Positions 1-13,196 of a stretch of DNA of 64,000 nt are shown here, in pieces. Location: contig NC_045697.1 in assembly GCF_009834535.1 (NCBI RefSeq), forward strand, positions 115,136,001-115,200,000. Reading direction: 5' to 3'. The position numbers and the translations under genes are program-made. Under the pieces are notes generated by a model. It saw only the letters and a program-made list of their open reading frames with translations, made no database searches and was not told the origin of the DNA. The DNA is from Camelus ferus (Eukaryota). Numbering within the stretch: position 1 is the stretch's first letter; the number at the start of each line of letters is the position of its first letter.

Positions 1-837
1 CTCCAGCCTTTTAGTCCAAATAAAATCATTCCGGTTTCCAATACAGGTTCTACTGAAAATCTCCCCTGCCATCACCAGTACTTCTCACGCGGCCTGAAGA
101 CTTGGCTTTGTGTACTATGATCTCTCACCCCGAGTGTCTTTTCCCAGACCTATTTCAATTACTATCTGCCAGAGCTGTCATCTTCCCCTTTTGTTCTGTC
201 CAGTTGTTTATGTTTCCTTAGCTTTAATTCCTAAAAAAATAATAATAAAAAAAATAATTCAAGTTTATAGCAGTGACACTTCGAAAGCTGAAAGTTTGAG
301 AGTAACAAGAATGCCGTGGGGAACTAGAGATTAAAGCCCGAATCAGAACAAGGAACAGATTAAATGCCAGCCATTAGCATTCTTCCCAGTTCCGCTTTCA
401 TCTTTGCCAATTTGTGCTTCTGACCATTCACAATTCTCCCCAAACCAGCTTTTCTACCATTTCCTGGGTATTTCTTCCTCCGAACAGCCATTTCCAAATT
501 CCCAAAAATGTCTTTCCTGCAGAGTTTTGAGAAGCCAATTCCTATATTCTTTACTATATTATATAAAGTGACATAAGGCTTAAAACTGCTTTATTCCTTT
601 TATCTTCTTTCCCCACCAATTAAATAACAACAAATAAAAACAAACAAGCAAGTAAAAGCCATTGACTATGTTCATCTAAATTACTCTGAGAAGTGGATCA
701 CCCTTATGATAATCAATTAAGGTTTAAAATGGAGGGCCCTGGAACTTATACTAGACTGAATTTATTTGAAATCATTGAGATGTTGGCATAGCAATCTGCC
801 TCTCAATGAGCTGGCAAGGTGATGCTCAAAAAAAATG

Positions 838-930
838 ATATTTACATGTATATATATATGAATCACATTGCTGTACACCTGAAATTAACACAATATTGTA
901 AATCAACTAGACTTCCATAAAAATAATACA
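838..930 (+). mobile_element. L1 3' terminal fragment (cetartiodactyl-type)
   Basis: gaatcacattgctgtacacctgaaattaacacaatattgtaaatcaacta...cttccataaaa; the same motif recurs at ~20230, ~36290 and ~49125. Confidence 0.85.
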
Positions 931-1244
931 CATTTTAAAAAATGTATATGCTTTGACAGTCATTCAAGTGAAAACAAGAGCATTTCTCTCTCTTCTAAGG
1001 ATTAACAATATCCTCCTTAGATCTCTTGTGCAAACAGCAGATAGATTTATGTATTTTTATCTCTTAAATGGTTTCCCTTTTTTTTGAAACATAGAACTCT
1101 AGAAAATAGTTAACATTTTTGAATAATAAGGACATCAAATAATATAAAATTTTTGCTAATCACAATTATGTAAGTGAACTTTTACAATAAAAGTGATACA
1201 ATAATATCTTCGTTACTTGCAATTCACCACATGATATGTAGTCA

Positions 1245-1338
1245 TCACTGGGTGTGTACGTCTATCAAAATTCATCAAATTGTTCATCTAAAATATGTGT
1301 AGTTCACTGTATAGGATTTATACCACAATAAAGGTGTT
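1245..1338 (+). mobile_element. old L1M (L1MC/ME-like) 3' end fragment
   Basis: tcaaaattcatcaaattgttcatctaaaatatgtgtagttcactgtat...tataccacaataaag. Confidence 0.65.
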
Positions 1339-3732
1339 AAGGAGTTTGGATTTGGGTAACATTCTGCTAACGCTCTATGAACAGTTTGCATTTCTCATGG
1401 AGAAATTATATATTTAATATACATTTCATATTTTATTTATAGTTTAAGTAATATAGAATTAATATTAGTTACCCATATTTAGCATGCATACAAAATGGAA
1501 AATCTAATAGTCTCAGCCTGATGCTTGATTTGATTGGGTTTAATAACTGACTGTTACACTTTGTTATACTTTCTGTTGAGAGAATGACAGCACCTTGTTT
1601 TCCTTCCTACTCACTTCCAATTTAATGAAATATAATAAAGTATTTTTCAAAAGAAGAGTACATCCTTGAATAACTATTTTTTTTTTATTCTTCTTATCAT
1701 AGGCATAGAATTCCTTTGAAGTTGACAGCAAAAGATTGTCTTTCTGATGTTCTTTTTAGTCTGGCAATTACTGAACCATTGACTAAGTCTTGTTATAACT
1801 ATTTGCTGAGAGAAAATGGAAATATGATGAGGAAGTGAAACAAAAATAGTATTTTATCATCCATGTGCTTGTCAGTAAGACTTTTTTTTTTATATATATT
1901 GAAAACTCTTTCTTGGCACCTATGTTGCAGTTAATATTTATTATAGAGGTAAAAATACACCAGAGTTTACATCTCAGCCAGTTCCAGGGGAAAGATAAAT
2001 AAGTGTTTTTGCTTTCATGCAGTACAGACTTCTTTTTATAATTCTTGAGAAATCTATCACTTAGTAAGGGGACCCAATTAATGTTCTTGGGTTAAAAGTT
2101 CAAATAAACACAATTTTCCCCTGAAGGTAGAGTGAAGAAAGGCAGAACAGATGGAAAGTTCACTTTCCCTAGAGCTAATTTTTCCCCAAACACAAGCCTC
2201 CAAATGTATAAAAAATTATAAAAATCCCCCAAATTTATCCAATGCCATCCTGTTGTACTAGGTTTATAATAATTTACCTTATATACTTCCATCTAGTCCA
2301 TAAAAAAGGTCAACAAGGGAAGTTGATTTCATAACACTTGGTTTCTCTTGGTAGTCTTCCAAAAGGTTTACTATTAATGTTGGCATTCAGTTCCCTAGAA
2401 ACAGCTAAGTCTGCTGGGAAGTAATGCAAATAAATCAATAGGTAGTTAAATAGATGATACATGGGTAGAAAGATAGAAGGATAGACAGACCAAAAAAAAA
2501 AAAAAAAAAAAAAAGCAAGGGCAGAAACAATTGTTAAATTATCAAATTATCACAAAATTCTCATGAAATACACACGTTGTTAGAGGGGATATTAAGTCCA
2601 CTCATTTAAACGCCCATCCTAGGAAGTGAAGAGTTCAACAGTGGCCCTGAGATAGTGATCAGTGCAAATACGCCACTCTGAACACAGCGAAAGGCTTAAG
2701 ACAAAGTGTAAAATGTAAGATAATGGATATTATAACCTTCAGTTGACTTGCTGATGTATAGTAAATGTTCAGAAGAAAATTCAAAACATGACTTTATTTA
2801 AAGATCTTAAGAAAGGGAACTTCAGCCATCGGGTGCTTTGTCCCATCTATCAGGTGAGGAGGACCACAAACCTTGATCTCAGCAGCCTCTGAAGCTGAGC
2901 AGAGTGACTGGTGGAAGCCACTTCAGTTGTGCAACAAATAGCCCTTCCTTCTCTTTTGTTTAATTTATTTTTAAATTTCCCTCTTTATTTTGGAAAAATT
3001 CAAAAATGGACCCTGCTAATAAAAATACACACAAAGAAAGCAAATTCTCATTTTTAGCAGTGTCACCTAAATGCACAAATAATGTGTTTATTTTCTTCCT
3101 TCTTTAAAACATAGCCATGGAATATGAAAACTAACTTTTAAAATTACATAAGCCCAAAAAGAGAAACAGGTCTCACTAAAGCTACTTTTTTGCCAAATTC
3201 AAATGCCAAAATCATCCTTAAAAATATACCACTTTATGAATTACTATTGAGAAGGAGATGAAAGAAAAAGCTAAAATTGCAACTGAGAACCAAGCATCTG
3301 GCAAGACTACGATAAAGTCAATCTAACTTGTTTGTTACTTTCTCTTCTCTTAGAAGAAAGCAAGCTCAAAAACCACTGGTTGTTATAGCCCCCTGACTAC
3401 TAAGTTAATCAGATCAACTGCACAGAACTTCTCTCACTCATCTGTCAACTACTACGAAGGATCAAAAACAAACAAACAGAAAGACAACTACAAAGTCATC
3501 AGTTCAGCCTTGCTGTACACACATTGCCAAAGTATTGCAGGATGCATAAATAATTTGAAATATGCTTAAATAATATGTCTTGACTGCCAGTAAAGTAGTT
3601 CCAAGCAAATATTATTGAAAGTGTTTGGGCTATTCACAAATGTTTAAACATCTTTTTACTATATAGAAATAATATAAGATCATTTTTCTCCAGTTACCTG
3701 ATCAAGAATAAGCTCACTGGTTAATTATTTAA

Positions 3733-3758
3733 ACACACACACACACACACACACACAT
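3733..3758. repeat. (CA)n microsatellite
   Basis: direct inspection. Confidence 0.95.
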
Positions 3759-4309
3759 CTCTTTTTCTCAATGATTATTTTATATTTGTTGTCTCAAGTT
3801 GCCATTTTCACATATAGCAATGAATATTTGTTTCTAACAAAAATGACATATTTTGCTTAAAGGAATAAATACATATATGTATAGAAACTTTACTACATAT
3901 ATATATTATATTAAATACAATTAAATACAAAATCTAAACAAGTTTATAATGAGGGGAACCACCAAGACATACCACATGTTCCGAGAGTTTGCCTTAGGAA
4001 AAATACCTCTTTAGTTATATATAACAGTGTACATAGAGAAAACTTGCATGCAGATAATTAATATTTTAGATGGAGTAACAGTGCATTTTGTAGGGAGTTT
4101 CTCACAATTCTCATCAGTTTGTTGGATTCCTGCTGCCCCACGTCTTCCAATTCTTCATAGCCAGTATCTGTAGGATGCATTTTGTGGGAGGTGATCAGCA
4201 GCATGTGCTACTTAGACATTAATAAAATGTCACATGAATAAGAAGCACAGTGTTTTCCAGGCAGGGTTGAGGACCCAGTTGTTACGGAAGACAATATTCA
4301 GATTTATAC

Positions 4310-4968
4310 ATGAGAATCACAATGACATACCAATGTACACCCACTAAAATACCTAAATTCATAAAGACTGAAAACACCAAGTGTTTGCAAGAATGTGGAG
4401 CAACTGTAACTCTTGTCTATTGCTAGTGATAATGTAAAATACTGCAATTTCTTTGGAAAAGATGTAGACATTTCTTATAAAGTTGAAAACCCACTTACCT
4501 TACTACACAGCAATTGTATTCCTATTTACCCAACAATAATGAAAACATATGTCTATACAGAGGCGTGTGTACACAGAATGTCCATAAAAACTTTGTTCAT
4601 CAAACCAGACCTGGAAACAACAAAATATGCCTCAAATTATTTCATGTTTATACAATGGACTAATAGTCAGCATAAAAAGGACTGAGCTAGTGATATACAC
4701 AATATATATGACTTTGATTTCTCTTTCTTCATGGGAAAGTAAACTGCTGGAAACAAAACAGTATCTGGTGACCTCCGAGTGACTAGGTTTTGGCTGTTGA
4801 AAAAGAAGTACGACAAAGGAAACACTTCGAGTTTTTAAATATATTTATGTTTTGATTAGGATATGGGCTACATGAGCGAATGCACTTGTCAAAACTTGGC
4901 AAATTGTATGCATAGGATTTATGCTTCTCACTGTATTTACATTTTACCTAAAATAAAATTTAAAAAAC
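4310..4968 (+). mobile_element. old L1 (L1MC/ME-like) ORF2 end and 3' UTR remnant
   Basis: cacccactaaaata...accaagtgtttgcaagaatgtggagcaactg...ctggaaacaacaaaatatgcc...cacttgtcaaaact...ttttacctaaaataaaa. Confidence 0.75.
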
Positions 4969-5364
4969 TGTAGACAGAAATTATCCAAGCTTATGTGGTT
5001 TTTCTCCATGCTCTACTCAGCATTTAAGTAAAGGAGCACTAAAAACAAATGAAAAAAGAGCAAGAGAATATGAAGAGAAAGAAATTGAAATTGTTAGAAA
5101 AGGCATGGTTAAAACTAAGGGCTATGGGCAATTGACTGTAGGGGGAAGGAACTTAACATTGGGAAGAAATCAATGCGTTGAGTCTGGTCCAAGAAAAGGT
5201 TCAGAGGAGCCAAGCTAAATGCTGGAATCCTAAGAAGCTGTAGTCAGTGAGTTCAAAGTTCAAATTTCAGATTTCATATAATTCGACAGTTCTAAGTTTA
5301 ACAAGGCCAGGGGTATGTAGACGTGGGTGATGGACTGAAACACCATGAGGTTATTAAGAGTCCC

Positions 5365-6328
5365 AGGACTTCTATAACAAGGTATCACAAACTGAGTGAC
5401 TGAGAACAGCAGAATTTATTAACACATGGCTTTGGAGGACAGACATTCAAAATCAAGTTATCAGAGGACCAAGCTCCCTCTGAACTTTCTAGGGAAGGGT
5501 CTGTACCAGGCCCCTTTCCAAGCTTCTGGTACCCTTAGGCATTTCATAGCTTACACATGGTGCTGTTGAGAAAAATACTCAATAAACAATCTATAATAGG
5601 AATGGAAAAGAGTTTTATTTGAGCCAAACTGTGGACTATCACCCAGAAGACAGGCTCCTAGAGAAGCATGGTTTTCAGCAATTTTACATCTTGTCAGAAC
5701 AAAGAACCTCAAACAAGGCAAGGATATAGTCCTTCAAGATTTAAAAGGAAAAAAAAAAAAAAAAAAAAAAACCCAACAGATCAGCACATACATAGTGAGT
5801 CGGTAGTCCCTTGGCACCCGGGAAAGGAGTCTTCCTGTTGAAGAGGGACCAGCACTGGTGTCCCAGGAAGAGGGGTATTTGGTCTTTATTTTTAATGTGG
5901 ACCTTCTTTACTTGTAGTCAGTGCAGCCCTTCCTTTAAAAATTAAAGCAGATGTACGATGGATGCTTGAAAGGCCACGAACAAGCTGTTTTAGTTAGCAT
6001 AAAATTCAAATTAACTCCTATATGAGCCAGAATGACTTCTCCATACCTCTGTACATTAACATTTATCAGTGCTTCCCCGTGTCTTCACATAGCCTTTCTT
6101 CTGTGCCTGTCTCTCTCTCTTCATATGGCATTCTCTATACATACATGCTTCTGTGTCCAAATTTCCCATTTTATAAGGGCACAGTCACATTGGATTAAGG
6201 CCCAAACTGAAGAGCTCATCTTAAATAATTGAATGTGCTACCTATTTCCAAATAAAGTTACATTGTGCAGTACTGGGGCTTAGGAATTCAATGTATAAAT
6301 TTGGGGGGACTCAATTCAACACATAACA
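5365..6328 (-). mobile_element. MaLR LTR (MLT1-like), interrupted by an ERV LTR at 5564-6068
   Basis: 5365-5563 (aacagcagaatttatt...aaaatcaag...gctccctctgaa...cttctggt) continues at 6073-6328 (cttcacatagcc...ccaaatttccc...cacattggattaaggccc...tatttccaaataaagttacatt...ttggggggactcaattcaacacataaca). Confidence 0.8.
5564..6068 (-). mobile_element. solo ERV1-type LTR
   Basis: TG...CA termini; exact 4-bp TSD gtgc at 5560-5563 and 6069-6072; AATAAA on the minus strand near 5615; internal A-run expansion at ~5749-5770. Confidence 0.85.
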
Positions 6329-6406
6329 TAGGGATAGGGTGGTAGCTTATTAGAAGAGTTGAGAAATTGGTGATGGATATTGAGAAAGATAAAAGAGGGA
6401 TGGCAT

Positions 6407-6940
6407 TGCATCTGAGAAGAACAATCTTGACTCCATATTGAATCTATTTCTTTGGCTCTAACCCCACGCTCTGTTTCCTGTGCTCAGTCATGCTGGTTCT
6501 GCACCTTTTGTGAAAGAATGTTGCCTTGACTCTGAAATATTCATGAGAGCCCTTTCTGAAGGCTCTGCCTCCAGGCTTGACCTTTAAAGGTACTGTTTTT
6601 CATTCATAAAGAGATAAAAAGTTACAAAACAGAGAATAACATTTGTCTTATTGGAGGTTTACAGGAATATTGTGACCTACACAGACAGCTGCAAGAAGAA
6701 GGGATTATCACATCCCCTCTGGGGTCTGGTTGGCACCAAGAAGTTTGCAATAACCAGCCACACCCCTCCCCTTCTAGTATAAAAGAAGCCTGAATTGTAA
6801 CTTGGGTAAGATGGTTCTTTGGGACATTAGTCCTTCATCTTCTTGGTCTGCTGGCTTTCTGAAAAAAGTTGCTACTCCTTGCCTTAACACCTGTGTCTTG
6901 AGGTATTGGCCTGTCATGTGGCAGGTAGTACTCAGTAACA
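6407..6940 (+). mobile_element. solo ERV1-type LTR (MER41-like; same family as 22794-23313)
   Basis: colinear with the reverse complement of 22794-23313; TATAAAA at ~6778; ends ...cagtaaca; no clean TSD, so the left boundary is approximate. Confidence 0.8.
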
Positions 6941-7149
6941 ATAAGGTCATAAAATCTGAACCGGTGGGGAAGGCAACTGTTTAGACACAGTGCAAAGGCT
7001 GAGTGGAACGCCGGAGGTGAGAGACGGCAGTACAGCAATGCGAACCCAGGTGAGAGAGACTCACTGACAGGTTTGGGTGCTCCCTCTGATCTGGACACAT
7101 CCTCATTCATGTCACTCACTGTATTTACTTAAAGCGACATTACATTTCA

Positions 7150-7650
7150 CGTTCTTTGGTGCTTAGGAGGAAAATGTCAACATCTTTTCCCTGAAGGGTT
7201 TTGCAATAGCCACCTCCTCTGTTTGAAACATGATATTTGCATGGCTGCGTCATTAATGTTATCCTTTTCTTAGCTTAAATGTCAGCTGCTCAGGTAATCA
7301 TTCCCTGCTAATGCACTAAGAAATGACTATATGGTAAATATCTATGACATCTCATCATATTTTAACTATTTTTGCAGAAGACTTCACTCTGACAAATTCC
7401 TCATTTATTTCTCTTTCATCTGTCTATTTTACCACATTGTAATGACATGAAAAGGAATCTTATTCTCTTGATCACTTCTGTGTTTCCAGCAACTGGAGCA
7501 GTGACTAGCAAAAGGAAGCACTTAATAAGCATTTGCTGAATGAAGCATGATGTCTGTTTGGTTTGCCATTGTGTGCCCCCAGCTCGCAAGCACAGAACCT
7601 GGCATATAATAGGTGCTCAATAAATTATGCAGACTGCATTAATAAATAGA
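7150..7650 (+). mobile_element. L2 3' end remnants (two tandem tails)
   Basis: ttccagcaactggagcagtgactagca...cacttaataagcatttgctgaatgaa and cacagaacctggcatataataggtgctcaataaat. Confidence 0.7.
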
Positions 7651-7785
7651 CAGGTGACCAAAGGTAAAATATTTACAGCAATTACAAAAGATGACAATAG
7701 ATTGAGAGCCATGATGAAGTTTTCCAGCTGAAAGGTTTCACGATGAATTATTTCCACCAAAACACCGGTAAATCTAGTGAGTATT

Positions 7786-8282
7786 GTGGGCTGAATAATG
7801 GTCCCAAGAGACAGTCATTCCTAATCCTCAGAAGCAGACTATGTTACCCTACGTGTTAAAAGAGTCTTTGCAAATTTTGAATAAAGACCTTGACTTGGGG
7901 AGTTTATCTTGAGCGCTCTGGATGGGCACAAAGGAATCACAGGAGTTGTTATAAGGAGGACCAGTGTTAAACTGAGGTGATGCACTGAAAAAAAGGAGGA
8001 ACAAGTTATGGGGAAATTTGAAGATTTCTCACTGCTGGCTTTGAAGATGTAGGAAGAGGTCACAAGCCAAACACTGTAGAATGCCTCTAACACACACACG
8101 TGTGCACACACACGCACGTGCACGCACACACACAAGACAAGGAAATAGATTTTCCTATAAAGTGTCCAGGAGGAATGCCATCCTGGTACGTCCATTTTAG
8201 ATTTGTGACGTCCAGAACTTTGTGTGTTTTAAGACACTAAATTTGTCATACTTTGTAGCAGGAGCAATAGGCAGCTCCAACA
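7786..8282 (+). mobile_element. MaLR LTR (MLT1D-like)
   Basis: tgtgggctgaataatggtccc...tatgttaccctac...cactgctggctttgaagatg...aggaaatagattttcc...ttttaagacactaaatttgt...gcaatagg...ca. Confidence 0.85.
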
Positions 8283-8739
8283 GTAGGTGAGGGACGAAGA
8301 CAGAAAGGTTGGGTTCACAGATTCATGGAATATCTGAAAAAGTCCTTAGATGGCAAATTTGATTGGCCACTTTTTTTTTATAATGCATGTTCTATATTTT
8401 AATATATAACTGAATATGTATGTATGTGTACAGATATTTTACAAGCTTTCCTACATGACATCAATCTATAGACTAAAATAAAATTGTAATTACTTACTTA
8501 TTATATATTTGTCTGTAAACTAATATTTTAAAACCCAGAAATGGTTTTCTTCTTTAGCCTTGTTAGAAACCTACGACAGTTTTTTTTTTTCACTCACTAT
8601 CCTTCAGACTACAGGTATTTCTATATATTACAAAAAAAAAAAAAAAGAATTCTGTAAGTGGAATGTTTCTATGTTACCTTAAGATAAACTAAATCTAAGT
8701 CATCAAATAGCAATTAAAAAAAAACTTTACAATTTGAGG

Positions 8740-8890
8740 AATGCTGCATTACAGTTGTGAACCTGCAAAACAGTATCACCAGGGCACTTCCTGGAAATGC
8801 AGTATCTCCCTCCACCCAACACTAGGGAAGCAGCATTTGCATTTTAATATTCCAAATATTAAATTTGCAGGCACATTACATTTTGAAAAG
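8740..8890. mobile_element. MER5-like hAT-Charlie MITE relic
   Basis: cagtatcaccagggcacttcctggaaatgcag...tttgcattttaa...gcacattacattttgaaaa. Confidence 0.5.
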
Positions 8891-9638
8891 AATTTTTTTT
8901 TTTAAATCTAGTCAAATTTTGTGTGGTAAGTAAGAAACTTACTTTCTAAGCAATTAAAACTCAGGACTAAGAGAATATCCATGCTTTCAGCTTCCAACCA
9001 TGAGCTCTTTCTGCCAGGGCACTGCTTTTGTTTCTGTTTTTGTGGTTGTAGTCTTCATAACACTATTTCAAAATAGTACCTTCTTTTTCAGAGAATAATA
9101 ACACATTTTGATGTTAAGTCTAAAGGCACACAGAAGTCATCACTGTGGTCAAGGCAATACTATTGTTACTATATTTGAAGTGTTTAATCCTTAAAATTAA
9201 AACTACTGACTACAAATTTTGACTGAATATCTTGCCTTTACTTGTGATCACCACTGGGGTTTGGGGTGGTGGTGAAAAACATGCTGTTTGACATCTGGGA
9301 ATTTCCTTTATTGCAAAGCGGTGGTGGAAATGTCCATCACAGAAGAAAAGTGATTCCATAATATTGAGGAAGTCAACAAGATCCTGAGTATGAAGAAGGA
9401 ATTCAGCCTAAAAATCCATGTAAAATCCATGTAAAAATGAGAAAACATAATGAAATTTCTGATCTGATGAATATACTGAATTGTAAGTTAAATTACACTT
9501 ATTTTACTACCGGTTTTGCTGATTTTGAAAAAGTATCACAAAGGCACTGATTAAATTGTCTTGCAAAATATTAAATAATTTCCCCACATATTTTATTTAC
9601 AATAAATATCTTATATTCTGAAGAGAAAGATTTGACAT

Positions 9639-9849
9639 TGAAGGAATAGGAAACGAACTAACTCCCCTGATACTAAAACTGTTTGCTGATTCTTTCTGAC
9701 TAAGAAATCCTGCAATTCTCTCTCTCCCTTACTGCTCTTGCGCTAAGCAGCCCCCAAGATCTATCCCTGACATCCTTTACAATAGTCTTAACCCAGAGGC
9801 TGTGCTCCAGGAAGAAGGTAATGGGCTCATAATCTCGTAAGAATGGAAA
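9639..9849 (+). repeat. 5' LTR of provirus #1 (first ~210 bp only)
   Basis: tgaaggaatagga...cccagaggctgtgctccaggaagaagg...taatctc is colinear with the start of the 3' LTR at 13628. Confidence 0.9.
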
Positions 9850-10103
9850 TGTTAGGCAGTTAGATAGAAATGAGCACTGGGCAGGGGGAGAGGAAGGGGA
9901 AAGGAACAACTCAGAAAACAGCAGTGCATATGCACTCAGGATAAGGAACTCCAGAAACTTTTACTTTCTCTGAATGAGGGCCAGCAAAAGAAGCCAGTTA
10001 AAATCAAAACGCTGCAGCTGCGCACAAAAGAAGGACCTGGCATAACTTGACCCAATGCTAATTATAATGTAATTAACATTACAGTGTGAGCCCCCTCCCT
10101 TAG
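9850..10103 (+). mobile_element. 5' half of a different ERV LTR nested in the 5' LTR (family of 29230-29792)
   Basis: begins tgttaggcagttaga; matches the reverse complement of 29792 back to ~29540 (gcactgggca, ttttactttctct, gacccaatgctaattataatgtaatta). Confidence 0.8.
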
Positions 10104-10943
10104 GTTCTCTTTGTGCTTCATGAGTAAAAGTCTGCCCAAAAGGTTTCTTTACTGATTACAGAGGAACCAGGTGTTTAACTATGCTTTTAAGACTTTTGTC
10201 ATTTATAGGCAGTTATTATTTTATTCTGTTGCTTTTGCAAACTGCTTCCTCTTCAGTTTATAAAAAGGACTTTTTGACAAGTATAAGTTTCTGATAACTT
10301 TTAAATCATGCTGAACTGGGTAAGACATTTAAAAGGTCTGATGGAAACTCTGAATTCATAAAATTGTTAACAACAGCAAAAAAAGGATTAGTTACATGGG
10401 AATGAGTAAACTGGTGATTATGGTTATAACTTTTTATTTTGTCTGAAATATTGGCTTTTAATCTGTGTTTTCCAAATATTGCAAAACAAAACAAAACCTC
10501 CTCAAGCTAATTATGACTCATAGCAATTTGGTAGACTATGCCTTTGTAAGCAGAATTGAAACATTTATCTTTGTGTCTCTACCTGACCCCTCCAGAGACT
10601 GGAAATTCTTAGGTTCCTACCACCTTTAACAGGGAAATTAAGACGACCACCTTCTAACAAGTGCAAAAATCTCAGAGTATTTTGGGGACCTCAAAAAAAC
10701 AAAAAAGGAGAACTCTTTATTTGGCTATATTTGATTAAAATGAGGGTAATTATGGAAAAAAAGATTGTGTTTCAGTGGCTATTAAATTCTAGTTTTGTTA
10801 ATTTAGGTCTGTAACTACCAAGACTCACTTCCTACATCATTACTTGCTGTTACGTTGTTGAAAAGTTTAACTGAATTATTAAAAGAACTCCAAGTTTGTT
10901 TTTGAAGCTCAGTATTCTGTCTTTGGATGAAAATCTGGTGCCC

Positions 10944-11150
10944 CATGACCTACAACCAAAAGATTTGTTGTAGGGTCACACTGGAAATGACATAATTTAA
11001 GGACTATCTCCAACCTAGATGGAAGGAAGTCTTAACTAGCTCATGCATGGTGAAACTGATGGAAATTGACTCTTGGATTAACTTCCACTCAGAAAGGGCC
11101 CCTGCTTTGGACTGGCCTATGGAGAGGGCTACTAACCTCAAAATCACGTT
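10944..11150 (+). pseudogene. pol: ERV pol integrase C-terminal remnant
   Basis: frameshifted translation HDLQPKD...WK*...KDYLQPRWK...LTSSCMVKLMEIDSWI resembles the gamma-type integrase C-terminus (LQPGD..WK..L.PRWKGPY.V.LT..VK..GI.SWIH). Confidence 0.7.
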
Positions 11151-11269
11151 AGAGCAATGCTCAAGGGTGAAGCTACCAGACCAGGTAGTCTTTGAGACTT
11201 TGAGAAAAGGACTTCATCTGAGGTAGAGAGCTGACCCAAGACACCAGTTCAGGCCTGTATAGCAATTCC

Positions 11270-11838
11270 TTTAATTGCTCACACCTTTGCTTATGAACAA
11301 AATGTATTTCACAACCCTGTGCAGAGTTAAAGTTAACCCAATAACCAGGTTTATGATCAATTACCTCTATCGGTACTTCTGGATAATCTTGATGGATTTC
11401 TCCACCTCAAGTTTCTAATTGGATAGCCATTAAAAAAATGTATAGTTCTGTTCAGGCCACTAATGATATTACTAGGTGGGATTCCCTTATTTTGTCAATT
11501 AATATTACCTGCTCTGACCCTGGCCATAAATGTGACTTTTTCTCTAATGTCACTCAAGCTCAATCAGAGCAATGAGAAAATTTCAGCCAAAGAATATAAT
11601 CTCTCTCAACTGTGGGATGGACTTAAATGGTTAACACTACACTTACGTTTAAAGGCACACTTATGCTGGGAAAAATTAGGTCATACTAAGGGTAACCAGC
11701 CTGATAACACTAGGAAATTGGGCTGGGTGCCTTATAGACAATGTCGATGTATAATTTCCCTTAGAAGATGAGGACTGGTGTAGAACAGACTCAGTCAGAC
11801 AACCTGGGGATACACTGGGCTGCACCTAATGGAAGTTC
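11270..11838 (+). pseudogene. env: ERV env surface (SU) remnant
   Basis: QLPLS..TSG...WISP.Q.SNWIA; ORF 11463-11771 contains QLWDGLKWLT...LCWEK...NTRKLGWVP...C; it is followed by DW...PGIHWAAPNG; stops and frameshifts are present. Confidence 0.65.
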
Positions 11839-12269
11839 TTAACTTAATTTCCTATCTATGACCTTATTATACTGTTAGTTATATTATTTGCATATTGCCT
11901 ATTTTACAAAATTATTTCTTGCACTCCTAGATGTGTGACTGAGCCTCTGATAAAATGAAGACCAGGCAAGTTGAAGCAGTTAACCAGACAGACAGTTTTA
12001 CAGGAGATTTATGATTATAATGGTGTAACTCTAAATATGGGAAGAAGCAACAAGAGGGAATATTTTCCTGGACCATAACAGACTAGTAGGACAGGTGGTC
12101 CAGAGATACTTGGCTACTATTAATAAAGCCTAGTCCAAAAATAGCAATTGAGTGGCCTATCCGTGAAGTCCTGACCTGACCCAGCAATGAGCATGCCTAG
12201 CACTGTGGGATGAAATGGTCATGAAATGTCCCCTACACCATAGTCGAATTTGTGATTATGGGGAACCCT

Positions 12270-12515
12270 GGCAGTTAGGATTGACACTTGCCACCTGCCT
12301 CTACAAGGATGAAGTCACGAGTCACTACAGTTGCTGACCTTCAGTGCACCCTGAAAGGAACTCAGGGTGGAGATCGGGACAGAGGCACTCTGTGCTCTGG
12401 AAAAAACCGGTGGAACAAGTCTTCAGAGAGATAGATATTTTCAGGAGAAGATTTTATAAGCATAAATTCTTGCATCTTCTCGTATCTAGAAAAGTATTAA
12501 AATCATTTACGGTGA
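12270..12515 (+). mobile_element. internal partial LTR (U3) related to the 30419-30922 LTR family
   Basis: shared blocks cctgaaaggaactcagggtgg ~ cctgaggggactcaggatgg and ttgcatcttctcgtatctagaaaagtattaaaatcatt ~ ttgcatcttcccattcctagaaaagtgctaaattcatt. Confidence 0.6.
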
Positions 12516-12764
12516 TACCTGCTTTGGCCATTAAGGAGAGAAATAAATTTGAAAATCTAAATGAAATCACTGTAGTTCAGACATCTAAGGGGAAACTAGG
12601 AGACCACTGTAGACGCAATACAAGACAAGTTTCTGGACTGCTGAAAACCTGAGTTTTCTGGGCTGTGTCAGACTTGGGTTGCCACCATTCTTAAAGCAGT
12701 GTCTGCGGGCAACTTGAAGCTGCAAAAGCTTAAGCTTTCAAGGTCTTCTGTTATAATTATTAAG

Positions 12765-12912
12765 TTTCTAAACCATGAAATTGCTTTAAGCCAGATATTA
12801 GCAAAAAAAGAAAGACCTATGTGTAGCAGTCAATAGCTCCCATTACGTGTATGTAAATACTACTCAGGAGTTAGCGTCAGACAACTGGCCGCCTGGCTGT
12901 AAGTCTCCCCAA
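12765..12912 (+). pseudogene. env: env TM remnant #1 (ISD and CX6CC region)
   Basis: LNHEIALSQILA, frameshift, LCVAVNSSHYVYVNTT; the homologue in provirus #2 reads NSSCYVYVNT. Confidence 0.65.
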
Positions 12913-13031
12913 AGTGATGAGCCTTCCTGAGATGGCGTGGCCACCTGGGGAGACACAATGAACAATGACAGTAAACAAAGGGGCCCAGGGTTCCTGGCAG
13001 TCTTAGGGACTCAGTAACTATAGCTTCTCAG

Positions 13032-13165
13032 GAGCCCTGGGTACAGTCAACAGTGGGGTCTCAATTAATGGGTTTCTTACTGGACACTGGAGCCACCTAC
13101 TCTGCTCTAAGTTGTAAATTCACCTCTTTACGCAAGACCTGTGCTGGGGGTAACTGGGCAGTCCC
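13032..13165 (+). pseudogene. pro: retroviral aspartic protease N-terminal remnant
   Basis: in-frame EPWVQSTVGSQLMGFLLDTGATYSALSCK (DTG at 13083-13091), then a frameshifted VLGVTGQ flap. Confidence 0.85.
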
Positions 13166-13196
13166 AACACTGCAGACATTAACGTGAAACGCAGCG

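Noticed and set aside
11463..11771. Domesticated env (syncytin-like) gene
   Set aside because: Only a 102-aa SU fragment is open; flanking env sequence is frameshifted or deleted and the TM pieces are broken.
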